Positions 41,695 to 52,604 of a stretch of 64,000 nt of DNA are shown one piece after another. The notes beneath the pieces were generated by a model, which saw only the letters and a program-made list of their open reading frames with translations, had not been told where the DNA came from and did not search any database. Each line of letters starts with the position of its first letter. Position 1 is the stretch's first letter. The stretch is from Candidatus Latescibacterota bacterium. GTDB lineage: Bacteria; Latescibacterota; UBA2968; SICM01. Where the stretch lies: NCBI GenBank assembly GCA_965217865.1, contig CBDCJO010000001.1:592011-656010 (forward strand). The letters are read 5' to 3'. A program made the position numbers and the translations under genes.

Positions 41695-44692
41695 GTGCGA
41701 CTTCCTTTGTTGGCTCTACGTACAGCTGTTTCAGAAAGTCGCGGATGAGATTCTGTGCGTCCCACGGGTCGGCGACTTCGATAAACGCCCAGCGACCGAA
41801 ACCGCCGTGATTGTTGATAGCCGGGACCCACAGCGTGCGCGCCGTGGCTATCTTGGCGGCCTTATCTTTGTTCTTTTCGCCGGTCACTTCGACGAGCAGG
41901 TTCAAGAGGTCATCCGAGCCGCGACCGTCGTCGATGCTAGCGATGAAGTCGGGAATGTAGTTCTTCTCCTCGCCGTTTAGCGTGTAGGGAATGGCGAAGC
42001 TGAGGTTGTGATTTTTGACGTAGCGGACGACCTCGGGCATGTTTTCGAGGGCTTCGGCCATTTTCTGCTCCCACGAGTCGGTATCGGCGACGACGTGGGA
42101 GATGTGACACTTGTCGTCGCGGGTCGCGAAGACCGGCCGCGTAGTATCGAAATCCACGTAGCGGGTGGAGCCGATAGTGTCATACGGGCGGAGGATGGGC
42201 TTGAGCGCGGCCGTGGCGGCCGTCGAGGCTACGATGGCCTTGTAAATACGGTCCGCTGCGTCGTGCGCGAACTCGATCAGCAGCAGCAGTTGCGGGAAGG
42301 TATTGTCCTTGAGCGTGACACGTTCATTGAGCCAGCGTTTGGCAATGCCGAGCAGTTGCGGGAAGAGCCATGGCTTGTCGTTCTCATCATCGTCGCGGAA
42401 GTATTTTTCCAGCGTGAGCTTGGCCAACAGGAAGGCGACTTCGTTCGGCCGGCGGCGCTTGAGATCGTCGAGGGTGTGGATGCTGGATTCGCCGACAATG
42501 GGCGCGTTCTCGGTCTTGGTGGGGATGTCGGCAGTGGAAAGCGTGAGCTTGGATTCGTCGGTGAAGGTCGCGGTCAGTCGTTCACCTGCCACGTCGTAAC
42601 GGTAGCCGAGCAGCCGGGGAAAGGTGATCTCGCAGTCGATGCGGCTTTCCAGGGCGCGGACGCGGGTGGGCAGCGGTCCGGGCTTGGGGTCCGTGGTTGC
42701 GCCGCTGCAGGGGATGAAAGAAAACGGCACGCCATAAACTTCGGCGTATTCGGGGATGAGATGCCCCTTCTCGTTGGCGCCATAATGCACGCGCCGCAGG
42801 GCACGCCCGACCACCTGTTCGCATAGCAATTGCGTTCCGAAGGCACGCACGCCCAGAACATGGGTGACGGTGTTGGCATCCCAGCCCTCGGTGAGCATGG
42901 AGACGCTGACCACGCACTTCACGTGTTCGCCGAGCTTGCCGGACTTGCCCACGGTGTTCATGACCTCACGGAGAAGATCTTCGTCAGTCAGGCTTTCCGC
43001 ATCACGGCCGGGGAAGCGGGTGCGGTATTCGGCCTTGAATTCCTCGATTTCTGGGGCGGCGATCTTCTTGAAGGCACCGCTCATTGATTCCCCGGATTCG
43101 AGTTGCTGGCTATCTACCAGGACGCTGTTCGGACGGTGTAGCCAAGCTCCATTGCCGTCGTCGTTGCGGAAGATGGGTAGTTGCCCGGCCTGGGCGATGC
43201 TCTCTTCGCCGATCTGTCTTTCCCATCCGGCGATATAGTCGAACACCAGCTTGGAGACGCTGGTGTTGTTGCAGACGACGATGAACACCGGCGGCGCGAT
43301 GCCTCGGGCGCGGGCTTCGGTGTTCTGCTCCCACAGGCGGTAATACTTCTCGTAGTTGCCGTAAAGACTGAGCAGCGCACCTTGCAGCTCGACAGGGAGC
43401 TTCGGGTCGCCCCCTACATCATTGGGTTTGCGGCCTTTTTTGGGTAGATGCTCGCGGATGCGGAGCCACAAGTCGCGGTAAGTGGGCTGCTCGCCCGTCA
43501 TCGAGTCGTCAGCCACAGGCACGCGGGGCACTTTGACGACACCGGCCTCAATGGCGTCAATCAGCGAAAAATCCGAGACCACCCACGGGAAAAGCGTGCC
43601 TTCGGGATAGCCCGAACCGCGCAGAAAAAACGGCGTGGCCGAAAGATCGTAAATGGCCTTCACTCTGATTTTGGCCTTCACGGCCTCTAGGCCGGAAATC
43701 CAGACGCGAGCCGCTTGGTCGCGTTGTTTGGCTTCAACGCGATCATCGCCGATGAGTTTTTCATCCTCGCCGTCGGGTTTGCGGCGGTAGCAGTGATGCG
43801 CTTCGTCGTTGAGAACGATGATGTTTTTCTTGGCACCCAACTCGCGACAGACGCGGCGCACCATCTGGTTGGGAGTTTCGGTAAACGGGCTTGGCTGTCC
43901 ATCGGCGAGAATCGACTTTGTGATCTTTCCGGCGGCGACCCTCTCGCGCAGTTGAAAGGCGTGGTAGTTGGTGATGAGGATTTTGGCCTGTCCGAGCTGG
44001 TCCGACAGTTGGGTCGGTACAATGTCACGCCGGCGGTAGTAGTTGTCCGGGTCGTTCGGCAACAGCACGCGTAGCCGGTCGCGGATGGTGATGCCGGGCG
44101 TGACGATCAGGAAGGTGTCGGAAAAGCGGGCGTCCTGCGGGTTGGCGCGTTTGTTGAGAGTGTGCCAAGCGATGAGCATGGCCATGACGACGGTTTTGCC
44201 TGAGCCGGTTGCCATCTTGAACGCCGTACGCGGCAGTCCGGGGTTCGATGTGTCGTTCGCCTCGCGTATCGCGTTCTCTATCCATGCATCCCCGTACTTC
44301 TTTGCCACCTCGGCAATGTAGATGGCGGTTTCAAGGGCTTCGTTCTGACAGAAGAATAGTTTCTTCTCGCGGTTGGGATCGGTCCAGTAGGCAATCAAAC
44401 GTGCGGTAGTCGTCGTCACACCTACGTAGCCGCCCTTGCGCCACAATGCAACGCGGCGGCGGATGTCGTTGACAAGCTTGTTCTCTTCGATGCGGTCTTG
44501 TGTCCACTCCGTGTCGAACTGAAGCTGTTGGGACCCCTTCTTCTTTGACTTTGCGATGGGGACGAAGCACGAACTGGTCCGGCGACCGTCGCCGATCTCG
44601 TCGGTGATGCCCTCGTCGCTAAACCTGAAATGGCGGGTCGGCTCGTCGAAAGGCGAGTTGATGATCGGGTTCTCGATGACAACTTGGTTCAT
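41687..44692 (-). CDS. res: Type III restriction endonuclease (Res, BPTD_3080-like)
   Basis: MATGSGKT, NDEAHHCY, SATP, MLTEGWD, EQVVGRALRR and C-terminal YIPDF..VEVTG. Confidence 0.9.
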   Translation of the reverse strand: MNQVVIENPIINSPFDEPTRHFRFSDEGITDEIGDGRRTSSCFVPIAKSKKKGSQQLQFDTEWTQDRIEENKLVNDIRRRVALWRKGGYVGVTTTTARLIAYWTDPNREKKLFFCQNEALETAIYIAEVAKKYGDAWIENAIREANDTSNPGLPRTAFKMATGSGKTVVMAMLIAWHTLNKRANPQDARFSDTFLIVTPGITIRDRLRVLLPNDPDNYYRRRDIVPTQLSDQLGQAKILITNYHAFQLRERVAAGKITKSILADGQPSPFTETPNQMVRRVCRELGAKKNIIVLNDEAHHCYRRKPDGEDEKLIGDDRVEAKQRDQAARVWISGLEAVKAKIRVKAIYDLSATPFFLRGSGYPEGTLFPWVVSDFSLIDAIEAGVVKVPRVPVADDSMTGEQPTYRDLWLRIREHLPKKGRKPNDVGGDPKLPVELQGALLSLYGNYEKYYRLWEQNTEARARGIAPPVFIVVCNNTSVSKLVFDYIAGWERQIGEESIAQAGQLPIFRNDDGNGAWLHRPNSVLVDSQQLESGESMSGAFKKIAAPEIEEFKAEYRTRFPGRDAESLTDEDLLREVMNTVGKSGKLGEHVKCVVSVSMLTEGWDANTVTHVLGVRAFGTQLLCEQVVGRALRRVHYGANEKGHLIPEYAEVYGVPFSFIPCSGATTDPKPGPLPTRVRALESRIDCEITFPRLLGYRYDVAGERLTATFTDESKLTLSTADIPTKTENAPIVGESSIHTLDDLKRRRPNEVAFLLAKLTLEKYFRDDDENDKPWLFPQLLGIAKRWLNERVTLKDNTFPQLLLLIEFAHDAADRIYKAIVASTAATAALKPILRPYDTIGSTRYVDFDTTRPVFATRDDKCHISHVVADTDSWEQKMAEALENMPEVVRYVKNHNLSFAIPYTLNGEEKNYIPDFIASIDDGRGSDDLLNLLVEVTGEKNKDKAAKIATARTLWVPAINNHGGFGRWAFIEVADPWDAQNLIRDFLKQLYVEPTKEVAHG

Positions 44693-44989
44693 ACTGGAAC
44701 GCCCCCGGATCGCATAAAGCTCTCCCCCCTACTTCCCCCCCCTTAGCAACGGCCTTCTCGTCGCCTTCTTCGGTCGAACCTACTTTCCGTATCGATACCG
44801 CGCCATAGCGTTCCTCCCCGCGATCTCCCCTCTGGCGTAGTGGGCTGAGCATCGCTGGAGACTGCCACCTGCCCACTTGCTGTGCTTCGAGGATCGATGC
44901 GCCGGACCTGATGAGGCTCTGGCGGATCCGACGCGTCGGCAGTACTCATTTGGGAACCTCCGCGAGCGTGTCACGCAAGGTGTTCTTCT

Positions 44990-45420
44990 CGAGCATCAGC
45001 CAAAGCGTAACAGACGGACAGGCCCGGATGGGGTGGCGTCTTCATCGGCATATCAGAGTCCTCCTCACTAGTGTCGTGTCCCGGAAATTCCTTCAATAAT
45101 TTCTCGGATAGCGGTCTGTAAACCCTGAACGGAGCGAAGGATCTCTATGTCCCGAACTATCAGACAGTTGGTGCGTTCTTCGCTCGCTCTCGATCAAAAT
45201 GACAGCCACCGCTACGTTTTTGGAGACTTTCTTTTGTAAGGAACTTCTGGGACACGACACTAGTGGTAATCGATCAAGTCCATTGTCGTAGGCATGCACC
45301 CCTCGAAGCGGAACACGATGCGTCAGTTGCCGGAACCAACCGACCAGTAACCGGCAATGATTACCCTTCAATGCAGCCGGAAGCCCGGCAGGGTCCGTGC
45401 TCATGGGCTCCGTTGCTTCG
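44990..45420 (-). pseudogene. Degraded higBA toxin-antitoxin locus, split by a MITE
   Basis: LPGFRLH..GYWSV..RIVFRFEG..DLIDYH* followed by RBS GAGGAGG and MPMKTPPHPG. Confidence 0.7.
45068..45263 (+). mobile_element. 196-bp IS630-derived MITE at CTAG
   Basis: IRs CTAGTGTCGTGTCCC[G/A]GAA[A/G]TTCCTT; the right end encodes TSGTRH*. Confidence 0.85.
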
Positions 45421-45532
45421 ACAAGACGTGCCAGGGGCCGTTCGGCAGGCCCTCGCGACGAAGGCAAGTCATTGGGCCGAACGGAATATTCTCATGGAAT
45501 CGAGCTGCCGGCCCAGCGCGCGGTGAGGCAGG

Positions 45533-46474
45533 TCAGTCCTGACGACGCGAGCTAGCCTCAAGTCGCTCAAACAAACGACCTATGGCCTGCTCGGCTAGGG
45601 CGTCGGAACTCAGTAGCGTGCCATTCGACTTCCAGCACCAGCCAAGTGCTTGAGACCGCTCGGGCTTGTAACGCACCTCGCTGATCACAGGAGGGTCCAC
45701 AAGGTAGCGGCAGCGGCGATTCTCACCTGGGAGAATGATGTTGCCCTCCATCTGCTTGACCGAGAGAAACGAGTCTTCCAGCGAATACCTGACAACAAGC
45801 TGCACATATAATGAAGCCTGGGGCGAACGAATTCCGACTGCGCCATCTGCGGCCGCCCATTGCAGGCCAAGCCCTGGCGCTGCGCCAGCTGCTTCTGTGG
45901 TAAGAGCTAGCAAGGCCGTCACCAGCCTTTCACCCTCTGCCGTCACTTGTTCAACTCCGCACCGATCTCTCCTAAGCGCCTCGGTTTCTGCCGCAAACTG
46001 CTGAGCCTCAGCCGCCCTTCTGGCTTTCCCTGCGATCGTCTCCTTAGTGAAGACGCCACCGAGCTCTTTCACTCGCAGCTTGATTGCGCCGACCACTTGG
46101 TCGATTCCAAAATCCTCAAGATTGAATCTGATCTTTCGATCCGGCACCCATGGCGGCACCGTCGACGTTGAGTCGACCATGACGAACAACAAAAAATCAG
46201 GCCCATCACTCAAAAACCTGTCTGTGATGGCCTCCGATTCAACGCGCGTCCATGGCGTGTCTCCCCAGCCGTCTCGGTACAAGACGACGACGAGCCGCGC
46301 GGCATCGCGAAAGGTCTTCTTGAAGGTTACCAGCCCGTCCGTACCCGCGACCTCAGTTTGACGGCTAGTGAATTCGAAGACGCGAAGTCCTGATGCCAAC
46401 AAATCTCTTAGATGTCGAGCGAGGCCGTCGTCTTTGGCAAGAAAAGAGATTGCGACGTCGTACTCGTAGTTCAC
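45533..46474 (-). CDS. TIR-domain protein with unknown C-terminal domain
   Basis: YEYDVAISF, VVVLY and WGDTPWTRVE (candidate catalytic Glu). Confidence 0.8.
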   Translation of the reverse strand: MNYEYDVAISFLAKDDGLARHLRDLLASGLRVFEFTSRQTEVAGTDGLVTFKKTFRDAARLVVVLYRDGWGDTPWTRVESEAITDRFLSDGPDFLLFVMVDSTSTVPPWVPDRKIRFNLEDFGIDQVVGAIKLRVKELGGVFTKETIAGKARRAAEAQQFAAETEALRRDRCGVEQVTAEGERLVTALLALTTEAAGAAPGLGLQWAAADGAVGIRSPQASLYVQLVVRYSLEDSFLSVKQMEGNIILPGENRRCRYLVDPPVISEVRYKPERSQALGWCWKSNGTLLSSDALAEQAIGRLFERLEASSRRQD

Positions 46475-46618
46475 TGGCTGACCCTCCGAGATTTCATGAC
46501 TTAGCCGTTCGGGGAACGGGCGCAGCCAAAACGGACGGGACCCGGGCCGGCTCCGGGGAGAATTGAGAGAGATTGGGGGGCAAGGTCAACGAACAGGGGA
46601 GCACGAGGCACCGGGGAG

Positions 46619-46687
46619 TTTTTTCCTCCCTCTCTCCCTCCTCTCTCCCTCCTCTCTCCTCCTTCTTTCTCTCTTTTCTCCCCCCCG
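46619..46687. repeat. Polypyrimidine tract
   Basis: About 69 nt of only C/T, with repeated CCTCTCTCC units. Confidence 0.8.
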
Positions 46688-46699
46688 CGTTTGAAATAA

Positions 46700-47408
46700 A
46701 AGCCGGTCCTGGGCCGGATTCAGGCCCCTGTGCGGGCTTCCGCGAGAGGATGCGCCGCGACGCAGGTATTCTGCCGGCCGGTATGGAAGCCTGGAGATTG
46801 CTCGCCAGCTAGCGGCACAGGGCAATCCATATAGTCGCAGCCGCGTGGCTGATTCGATGCGCCGCCAGGGCCTGCGGTCGAAAGTGCGCCGGAAGTTCGT
46901 CGTGACCACCGATACAAAGCATAACCTGAAGGCCTCCCCGAACCTGCTGAATCGGGACTTCGACGTGGATTGCCCCAACAATGTGTGGTCCAGCGATATC
47001 ACGTATTTGCGCAGCCGGGCGGGATGGCTGTTTCTGGTGGTATTCCTGGACCTGTTTTCCCGCCGTGTGGTCGGGTGGTGTGTGAGCACCTCATTGGGAC
47101 ACGAAACGGTGCTCAAGGCCCTCTCCCGCGCAGTATGGCAACGCAGGCCGGAACCTGGGCTGATGATCCACTCCGATCGGGGCATCCAGTATTGCTGCGA
47201 AGGCTTCCGTGTAAAGCGCAGGTCGCATCGGGCCCTGGCCCCTCCCGAACAGCAGGCTGTCTTGGATCTGTTGCACTGCGAACGGTTTATGGATAAAGCC
47301 CCTCCTCAGGTCTGGGCCGAGTTGCTGGATGAAGGCCTGTATTTCTGCTCACTCAGCACGATGTATCGCATCCTGAAGGCACACGAGGAAGTCCGGGAAC
47401 GCCGAAAC
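46700..47408 (+). mobile_element. Chimeric IS3 remnant (two different IS3 transposases fused)
   Basis: PNLLNRDF..WSSDITY..HSDRGIQY joined in frame to 198 bp matching 10290-10487. Confidence 0.85.
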
Positions 47409-47758
47409 ATCGCCCGCCGCTTGGGCCAGGGTCCAGGAGGCCGTGTCCCGTCCACTCGTCTCCCGGTTCTTTATCTCGTGTGCAATCACAGCCATGCCAA
47501 TCCCTGCGCCGTCCCATGGGGGACACACCGAATATAGTGCACGGATATACATCTGTCAACCACAAGTCAGTTCGAGCCCATGCGAAACCGCCCGTTTCCA
47601 TAGGGCGGTTTGGGTCGAGCACTGGCAGCCGGTTTGCGCTTTTGTTCTATGCAAACCGGATGACAGGCGCAGCCGTGGGCACTTTGTTAGGCGTCTGCAT
47701 TGTTTTTGTAAAACTCCAAAGCCAAGCGGAGCCGATCATGGTGTCCCTTATTCTGGTG

Positions 47759-48589
47759 TTAGTTAGTTTGGAGCGAGTCAAATATCATATCGTAAATCCA
47801 GCACCCCTTTTGGTAGGCCAGGCTCAGGAAATCTTTCGTATCCTTCACATCAGAGTGGGTAACTGACACCTCCAAAAGCAACGGCCCAGGAAAAGGCGTG
47901 CGCCGCAACTCCTCTGAAAGGGATATCCAATCGATGAACCCGCTGCCAGGAATGAGATGATCTACATGTTTCCGAATGCGGTCCGATAGGTGTACCGCAA
48001 CAACCCTGTTCCTGAGTTGCGAGAGAAGATCGAATGGCCTCGGACCTCCAATCTGATCGTGGGCGGAATCATAGCAAAACCCGAAGTGCTCTGGATTAAG
48101 TTCGAGGACCGCGCGCCGAACGAGTTCCGTGGCCGGACCTGGAAGCACGTTCTCAAGTGCAAACGTGATGCCTTTTTCACGCGCAATTGGCTCAAGTGCT
48201 TTACACGTAATAAGAAGTTCCTCAAAACGGGACGGTAATTCGTCTTCCCCAAAACTAAAGGGCCCTCCGTGTATAACCACGACCGGCACCGATAATTCCA
48301 CTGCCGCCTCCGAAATGCCCAATAAAACATCAATGCAATTGGGTTGGTCAGCATTCGGCCCGTGGATAGTATCCATACTGAGTCGGTGTTCAATCAAAAG
48401 TTGCTTGAGTGCAGTTCTGGCAGGCTTTGAAAGATAAGCTGTGTGGACCTTTCTTCCTCCTAAAGAAACATGCGTAAACCCGGCCCGCGCGATCAGTGGA
48501 ATCTGTGTTTCGATCGGCACATCGTAATCAAACGAAGTTGAAATGGATATTGGGCGTCTGGCTTCCAATCTTCTCCTCTGCTCCCCCAT
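47759..48589 (-). CDS. Sugar phosphate isomerase/epimerase (xylose-isomerase-like TIM barrel)
   Basis: ALEN, FCYDSAH, VHLSD, HLIPG.G.IDW and LLLE motifs. Confidence 0.85.
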   Translation of the reverse strand: MGEQRRRLEARRPISISTSFDYDVPIETQIPLIARAGFTHVSLGGRKVHTAYLSKPARTALKQLLIEHRLSMDTIHGPNADQPNCIDVLLGISEAAVELSVPVVVIHGGPFSFGEDELPSRFEELLITCKALEPIAREKGITFALENVLPGPATELVRRAVLELNPEHFGFCYDSAHDQIGGPRPFDLLSQLRNRVVAVHLSDRIRKHVDHLIPGSGFIDWISLSEELRRTPFPGPLLLEVSVTHSDVKDTKDFLSLAYQKGCWIYDMIFDSLQTN

Positions 48590-48644
48590 ACTAATTGGTT
48601 ATGACAAAAACAATGTTGCGTCTAACGATTTCTATATTGAGTGA

Positions 48645-49055
48645 AGGAGGAAAATAACAGCGTTGAGGGGCTGAATCAGACGCCTACGCCGCGAGAATAG
48701 GCAGTTGCGACAGGAGCGGGAGATCCTTGCAAAAGCCGCGGCCTGGTTCGCTCGGGAGACCAACTCGGTGTCAAGGGAGTTTGCGAGTTCGTGAAAGCCA
48801 ATCAGGCCTTATATAAAGTAGCCCCGATGTGCCGGGTCCTGGAAGTCTCCACCAGTGGGTACTACGCGTGGCTCAAGCGGCCGCTGTCGCCACGAGCGCA
48901 GACCGATGCGGCTCTGACGGAACGGATCGTGAAGATACACAAGTGTTCTGACGGCACCTGTGGTGTCCCGCGCATATACGAGGAACTTGTAGCCGAGGGG
49001 GAGTGGATCGGTCGCAAGCGCGTTGCGCGCTTGATGCGTGCTGCAGTTCGCGTCC
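48645..49055 (+). mobile_element. IS3-family orfA/orfB junction fragment
   Basis: LRRENRQLRQEREILAKAAAWF then MCRVLEVSTSGYYAW..GRKRVARLMR. Confidence 0.8.
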
Positions 49056-49469
49056 ATTGACGACCGCGCCGTTTAGAAAGCTGATCAATGCGTGAAAGCA
49101 GCCCTTTCATCGTCGGCCGAAGAGTCATCAGATGTCTTCTTGTTCGACCAGTCGGCTTGCCAGCACACCTGCGGCGCCTACCGTCCTTGTCACGAGCGAC
49201 TCGAGCTCTTCGAGCTGCGTCGTGTCCGGATGAAACACGATGTCCCCTTCGACGGAGATCCGGTCCGTCCGGTCCGCCGGATCAGGATGCACACACACCT
49301 TGGCACACTTGAGCTCCCGCTGAAGCTCGTACAGCTCATCGAGTCGGTAGTCGTCCTGCTCGATTTCCACGGGACCCACTTCGCTGCTGCAATGGAGGAG
49401 CGTGGCGTCCCCTGATGCCTGTGACCGCAGCTGCAATCGAAACGGCTGCTCCATGCCTCGCTCGTCCGC

Positions 49470-49720
49470 ATCTCGGTCGCGCTCCAGCCGTATTCTTCCG
49501 CGGGGCATGTATGCAGCGGCCAAGTCGTCCAATCGACCGATGAGTTTTCTGACCAAAGCCTCAATGGCGTCACGTGTCGCATCATCCGGGACAGGCACTG
49601 GCAGTGTCTCGATAAACTGCTTGCCGTGAGAATAGTAGCCGCCTCTGAATGGACTCGTGTTGGTCCGCACGAAAGCTTCGCTGAGCGGGTGATTCAAAAC
49701 CGCCAGTAGATAATGGTTAG
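49470..49720 (-). pseudogene. Type II/IIG R-M C-terminal specificity-domain fragment
   Basis: NHPLSEAF..SPFRGGYYSHGKQFIETLPVP. Confidence 0.6.
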
Positions 49721-50159
49721 AGACGGTTGCGTCCGCCGCATCACGACGTTGGTGCTTCCCCTTCGCCGATGGCGGATGATCTCGGCCCCCAGCGCCAGGT
49801 AGATCGGCTTACCGGATATCAAGCAAATCTTGGACCGCCCGTTGAAGCTCAGAGGGTCACTCCACTCGACCGCCGCTCCCCGGTCAAACAATGCCTGAAC
49901 GAAACGGGTTGCCCGGTTGCGCCGGGAATTAAAATAGAAACAGAACTGCGCCCGCGTGAAGACGCCGCTGTGGAGACAAACGAGCGCGATCCATTCGGCC
50001 CTCCCGGCCAGTCCAGCCGAGCGATTCCAGTGCTTGTTCCCGGCCCCGTAAGTGCTCAATCATGGCTCACCTGTGACGATTCGCCCGGTCGCCTTGGCAA
50101 ATGGCAAACACCTGGACCTGTAGACCGCCGACAGAGTAGTCCGATAAAGGCGCTCATCT

Positions 50160-50225
50160 TCATATTTCAAACACCTTCAGCACCTCGTCGCCGTAGTGGT
50201 TGATGACCTTCACTGCGAACTTGCC
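50160..50225 (-). repeat. 66-bp 3' end of a second mod allele
   Basis: Matches 39070-39135 with three substitutions. Confidence 0.85.
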
Positions 50226-50231
50226 TGTACA

Positions 50232-50391
50232 GCCGCATTCCTGACCTGCAGACCCTCACCAACGAAGTGGAGGCCTGGAAATGTGATCGAAACGAGAAAC
50301 ACAGAACCGTTGATTGGCAGTTCACGACCACCGATGCCCGCATCAAACTGAAGAAGCTATATCCCAAGTTTTAGGTGTCATGGTGTACTAG
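50232..50391 (+). mobile_element. IS630-family 3' end fragment
   Basis: [20 protein letters not shown], ending GTACTAG; near-identical to 62047-62210. Confidence 0.85.
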
Positions 50392-50758
50392 CTCAAGAGG
50401 CAACAAAATGATTCAAAGATACCTAAGTTCTTAAACACTTGAGTTGGATTTAGAGGGTAATCATAGAATCGCCCCCGGTAATATATCCGACTTTTTCTTT
50501 TCACTTCAACGAATTCACTAGGTGAAAGGATGTGACTCCACCAGTCCTCGATTTCCTTACTTTTTGAGAAAAACCGATGGCCTCCAATATCGAATCGGTT
50601 ACCTTTATGTTCGACAGTACGGGACAGTCCGCCCAAATACTTTCTATCTTTTTCGAATACAAGACATTTTCCCCGTTCTCACAGAGTTCTAAGGCAGCGG
50701 TTAAACCAGCGGGACCGCCACCGATTATGACAACTTGGGATCTTACCTCAGAAGGCAT
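50388..50758 (-). pseudogene. FAD-dependent oxidoreductase, 5' fragment
   Basis: IIGGGPAGLTAA then, after a frameshift, [17 protein letters not shown]; cut at the IS630 CTAG. Confidence 0.75.
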
Positions 50759-51092
50759 TAGGAGAACTCAAATATAGTAGATAAAATGGGCCGTCGCGCT
50801 ACTGTACTATTCATTCTGGAAGCCCTGTACAACGCCTCCGGCGGAGCAGACTGGACGAATTCCAGCAGATGGCTCGTGTGTCCCACGGTGATGAGGCGAA
50901 CGCGACCACTGCCCCGCTCCACCGAATCCCGCAATGGTCGGAGCTGATCAGGTTGAACCTCATCGGCGGCTACAATGAGCTGGACGCCCGGATCTGTAGC
51001 CGCACCGTCGATCAGCTCTACCAAGCGAAAACCCGCAGCCTGGCGGATGTAGATAACGGCGTAGCCTCCATCGGAGTCGGGGGAGGTCTATA

Positions 51093-51806
51093 TCAGAGAC
51101 CGAGGGTTATGATTCCGATCCCGCAAAGGCATAAGGTCCCGCCAGCCAAGGCGTGGCCGTAACGTTCTATTCGCGTATGGGGAAGGCGTTCAAGTCCGTA
51201 TGTTCCCAGGAACACGATCCCGAGCATGGTCAGGAGGGTTGTGGCTCCGAAAACGGCAGTCACCCAGACCACGCCGATCAGGCTGTTCCGGGCCGCGGGG
51301 GCCACATCAGGATCGGTATCAGGGTCTCGCAGGGGTCGAGGACAAAGACGGCGAGGAGGATCCAGGGGGTGAGATGGGATTTGCCATTTGAGAGATCGTC
51401 GTGACGATGTTCCGCGTGAGACGCGTGGGGGTGTGTGTGGCGGGTGCCGTCGGGATGCGCGTGCCGATGCCGATGCATCCGGTTCTTCGAGGCTTTCATG
51501 AATCCCCAGGCGGTGTAGACGGCCCCGACGGTGATCAGCAGCCAGGCCGACAGCTCTACCCGAACCGATTCCAGTATCTCCAACCGAAACAGGGCGCCGA
51601 AGGCGATGCCGATCGTGCCGATCAGGACGGAGCTGAAGACGTGGCCGAGTCCGCAGAGAGCGGTGACGGCAAGAGTCTTGGCTCTGGACCAACCCTCGGC
51701 CTTGCTCATCGCGAGGAACGGGAGATAGTGGTCCGGGGCCCAGGAGGCTGTGAAAGAATCCGAGGGTGGCCGAGGTTGCGGTTAGAAAGTAGATGGAATC
51801 AGGCAT
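51093..51806 (-). pseudogene. Nickel/cobalt transporter-like membrane protein, frameshifted
   Basis: HSLLGP, CGLGHVFSS, a His-rich loop, PCE.LIP and YGHALAG in alternating frames. Confidence 0.7.
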
Positions 51807-51861
51807 GAGAATCAATGGAATAAAGTTCAAGGGAAAAACTTGGGAGCGTGGCCATGGCTGC

Positions 51862-52599
51862 TTATCGTCGTGCGGCCTCCGCTGCTACATGGCCTGCCAG
51901 TTCGCTTACGAAGGTCCGCAAACCCGTCATCTCGCTCAGCTCTGAATATTCGCATGTATTGGCCGCAGAGCGCGGAGAAACAATAACCGACGCTGCGGTA
52001 TAGAGCTGTTCTTGCACGAGCTTGCGGCACAGAATGTTGTAGCGCTCCGCGTACGATGCCCGTTCAAACTCCGGGAAAACCCGGAAGTGAGGCGACACGT
52101 CGCGGACCGGCAACCGCGATTTCTTGGCATCTTCCAGAAGCATCATCCAGCCGACGAATGGCCGGGATTGCTCGCCGAAAGCGCCTTCCCGGTAGGCGAT
52201 CCAAAGATCGTGTGCAGTGCCGATGGCCTCTTCGGTCCGGTTATTGAAATTGTTACCGAATGACGGCCCTACTTGACTCTTGAACTCTAGCGCAGCAATC
52301 AGGCGGCCTTCGTTGATAACGAGCAAATCCCAGAGCTTGGTCGGACGAAAATAGCCCGGCAACGTGACAACACGGCGTCTCCTGTGAATGTCGGCATGTT
52401 TCAGGCCGTTCGCGTGGACAATATCCATGACAAGAGCAATGAACCCGTCCATGTTTTTTCCGGCTGTCACGCCGGCACGCTCGCCCTGGTCAATATTGCC
52501 GGACTCGATTTGCTTTTGTTGCGCCTGCTCGCGGTTGCCCCAGAAGGCCTGAACCGCTTGGCACGCTTTCTGTTCGTAATCTGAGAGGTCGATGCCCAT
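51862..52599 (-). CDS. PaeR7I/XhoI-family type II restriction endonuclease
   Basis: [27 protein letters not shown] and [23 protein letters not shown]; start at ATG 52599. Confidence 0.9.
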   Translation of the reverse strand: MGIDLSDYEQKACQAVQAFWGNREQAQQKQIESGNIDQGERAGVTAGKNMDGFIALVMDIVHANGLKHADIHRRRRVVTLPGYFRPTKLWDLLVINEGRLIAALEFKSQVGPSFGNNFNNRTEEAIGTAHDLWIAYREGAFGEQSRPFVGWMMLLEDAKKSRLPVRDVSPHFRVFPEFERASYAERYNILCRKLVQEQLYTAASVIVSPRSAANTCEYSELSEMTGLRTFVSELAGHVAAEAARR

Positions 52600-52604
52600 G
52601 CGAT

